64,000 nt of DNA from Candidatus Methylomirabilota bacterium. GTDB lineage: Bacteria; Methylomirabilota; Methylomirabilia; Rokubacteriales; CSP1-6. Shown piece by piece: positions 62,052 through 64,000 of the stretch; position 1 is the first letter of the stretch; each line of letters opens with the position of its first letter. The stretch spans positions 64,766 through 128,765 of the forward strand of contig JBKPAK010000008.1 of the NCBI GenBank assembly GCA_046726415.1, given 5' to 3'. The notes under the pieces are model-generated. The model had not been told where the DNA came from and did not search any database. It saw only the letters and a program-made list of their open reading frames with translations. The translations under genes and the position numbers were made by a program.

Positions 62052-62384
62052 ATGTCCGACATCGGCAAGGTACGGCTCCGGGTGCCGTCGACGATCAAGC
62101 CGGGTGAAGTGGTCCGGGTCCGCTCGCTGGTCATCCATCCCATGGAGCGGATCGAGCGGGACAAGCAAGGCAAGATCATCGAGCGCAACTACAACTACAT
62201 CACTAAGGTCATGGTGACGTACCTGGGCAAGACGGTGGCGACCTTCGACACCACGCAGAGCGTGAGCGAAAATCCGTTCTTCTCGTTCACTGTCCGCGCC
62301 ACCGACCCCGGCCCGCTGAAGGTGACCTTTACGGACACCAACGGCGGCAAATACGAGGGCACGACCGACATCAAGTTTTCTTGA
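62052..62384 (+). CDS. soxZ: Sulfur carrier protein SoxZ
   Basis: VRSLVIHPME, SVSENPFFSF; follows soxY. Confidence 0.9.
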   Translation: MSDIGKVRLRVPSTIKPGEVVRVRSLVIHPMERIERDKQGKIIERNYNYITKVMVTYLGKTVATFDTTQSVSENPFFSFTVRATDPGPLKVTFTDTNGGKYEGTTDIKFS

Positions 62385-62540
62385 CGAGCGCCATTCTGCC
62401 CAGGGGTGGCCTCACGCACGCCATCGATCCCACGCAAGCCCCGCGCGCTGTCCCGATCGGCGCGCCCTCGGCACCCCGGTAGACTTAGGCCGGAGGCGCG
62501 CCACCACGGGCTGACCTCCGGCCGCCACACCCCCGGCCCG

Positions 62541-62602
62541 CGTCAGGCCGTAGTGCGCTTCTGCGCGAGCACGTCAGGCCGTGGTGTGCTTCTGCACGAA
62601 CT
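62541..62602. repeat. Degenerate 31-bp tandem duplication of the dienelactone hydrolase 3' end
   Basis: CGTCAGGCCGTAGTGCGCTTCTGCGCGAGCA versus CGTCAGGCCGTGGTGTGCTTCTGCACGAACT (5 mismatches). Confidence 0.75.
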
Positions 62603-63347
62603 CGCGAACTCGCCGCCACGCGTCGGCCGATGCGCCGAGGAACTCTGTCTGCTTGCGATCAAAGAAGCTGTGGGGAGCCCCGGGGTAGACCGTGACGTCG
62701 TGGGCTACGCCGGCGCGGCGGCACGCGGCATCAAACGCCTCGACGTCGGCCTGGGGGATCCCTTCGTCGGCGCCCCCGAAGAGCGAGAGCACGGGACAGG
62801 TGTAGCGAGCGACGGCGTCGATCGGTTTGGGGCGATCCGGCCACCGCCGCAGACCGAGTGGCCAGCCATAGAAACCGATTACGCCGGCGTAGCCGAGGCC
62901 GCTGGCCGCTTGCAAATATGAAAGGGCGCCGCCAAAGCAGAAGCCCACGGAGAACAGCGCGCGCACGGCTCCGCCCTGGGGACTGCGCAGATGAGTGGCG
63001 GCGGCCGCGATGTCCGCCTGCAGCGCCTCTGGCTTGGTCTGCGGGACGTGGGCCATGAAGTCGAATGCCTCGCCGCGGTCGTCGCTCGGAGCGGTACGCG
63101 CGAAGAAGTCGATGGCCACAGCGTCGACCCCGGCCTCGGCAAAGCGCTCCGCCAGCTCCTTGTAGTAGGGATGCAGGCCGCGCACGTCCGGGATGACGAT
63201 CATCCCGGCTCCGGTCGGCGTGCCCGCGCGCGCGCGGTACGCCATGAAGCGCGTCCCATCCGACGAGACGAGGCGCAGGTCGGTGGTATTGGCGGACCCC
63301 CCAGCGATCGGAGGAATCGGAGGATGAGAGTCGGCGTCAACGCACAT
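62574..63347 (-). CDS. Dienelactone hydrolase family protein
   Basis: GFCFGG nucleophile motif, FGGAD, YPGAPHSF. Confidence 0.88.
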   Translation of the reverse strand: MCVDADSHPPIPPIAGGSANTTDLRLVSSDGTRFMAYRARAGTPTGAGMIVIPDVRGLHPYYKELAERFAEAGVDAVAIDFFARTAPSDDRGEAFDFMAHVPQTKPEALQADIAAAATHLRSPQGGAVRALFSVGFCFGGALSYLQAASGLGYAGVIGFYGWPLGLRRWPDRPKPIDAVARYTCPVLSLFGGADEGIPQADVEAFDAACRRAGVAHDVTVYPGAPHSFFDRKQTEFLGASADAWRRVREFVQKHTTA

Positions 63348-63499
63348 AGGGCCTCCCAGCGTTCGCGGTTCTCGGTGCTCGTGCGGCGAGCCATCCGCCG
63401 CCGTGTGGTCAGGCTACGGAACGCGGCACAGGCGCGTCAAGGCCCCACCCCTGCTCCGTCCGACGGTATACTCGGCCGGTCTTGATCGCGGAGGTTGCT

Positions 63500-63937
63500 A
63501 TGAACGAGCCAACGATCGCGGCCCCGGACCGCTACCCTCGCCGGCGCGTGAAGGTCCTCGACACGGAGATGGCGTACGTCGACGCGAGCACGGGTAATCC
63601 CGTGGTGTTGCTCCATGGCAATCCGACGTCGTCGTATCTCTGGCGCAACGTCATTCCGCACCTCGCGCCGGTCGCGCGATGCCTGGCGCCCGACCTCATT
63701 GGCATGGGCGAGTCCGGCAAGATGCCCAGCGGCTCCTACCGCTTCGTGGATCACGCGCGCTATCTCGATGCGTGGTTCGACGCGCTTGGTCTCGCCAGCC
63801 GGGTGACGCTCGTCATGCACGACTGGGGTTTCAACCAGCGCGAGGTCACCGTGCCGGGACGCCACTTCGTTCAGGAGGACTCTCCCGCGGAGATCGGCCT
63901 GGCCATCGCCGGGTTTCTCCGCGATCTCCCGCGATGA
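63500..63937 (+). pseudogene. Haloalkane dehalogenase (LinB/DhaA-like) with large in-frame internal deletion
   Basis: [13 protein letters not shown]...MHDWG joined directly to the C-terminal [18 protein letters not shown]; only 145 aa. Confidence 0.75.
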
Positions 63938-64000
63938 CGTTGAAGGCCTCGAGGATGACCGCGACGGTCGCCGCCCTGCTGGTGGTGACGGGAGCCGCCC
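63934..64000 (+). CDS. Start of a probable secreted protein, truncated by window edge
   Basis: ATGA overlap; [22 protein letters not shown] resembles a signal peptide. Confidence 0.4.
   Translation, partial: MTLKASRMTATVAALLVVTGAA

Overview
High-GC bacterial chromosomal window, densely coding. No rRNA, tRNA, CRISPR array or transposase was recognised. Gene content and REP-like hairpins suggest Ca. Rokubacteria/Methylomirabilota (inference only). Blocks in order: (1) the 3' end of serA, an AurF-like diiron protein, and a plant-type threonine synthase plus cystathionine gamma-synthase pair; (2) a hidden selenoprotein (7186-7752, in-frame TGA in a GD-U-GSC motif followed by a SECIS-like hairpin) that the ORF track splits in two, with an uncharacterised partner gene and mmsB; (3) a tungsten AOR-type operon and glyoxylate-related genes; (4) a ~17 kb divergent hopanoid cluster (shc-mlaEFDC-ino1-hpnN and cruF-hpnH-orf-hpnG-hpnA-hpnD-two Zn-ADHs-pagL-ispH); (5) an EF-G paralog, SulP, and a peptide/nickel-family ABC system with two tandem Tat-exported binding proteins; (6) a sulfur-redox cluster (fccBA, FGE-like protein, YedE-type transporter, 4Fe-4S/NrfD fusion, Tat-less molybdoenzyme, orphan soxYZ); (7) a dienelactone hydrolase and an internally deleted haloalkane dehalogenase. 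The best novelty candidates are the UGSC selenoprotein module, the accessory genes of the hopanoid cluster, and the sulfur cluster. All family calls come from motif recognition, not database searches.
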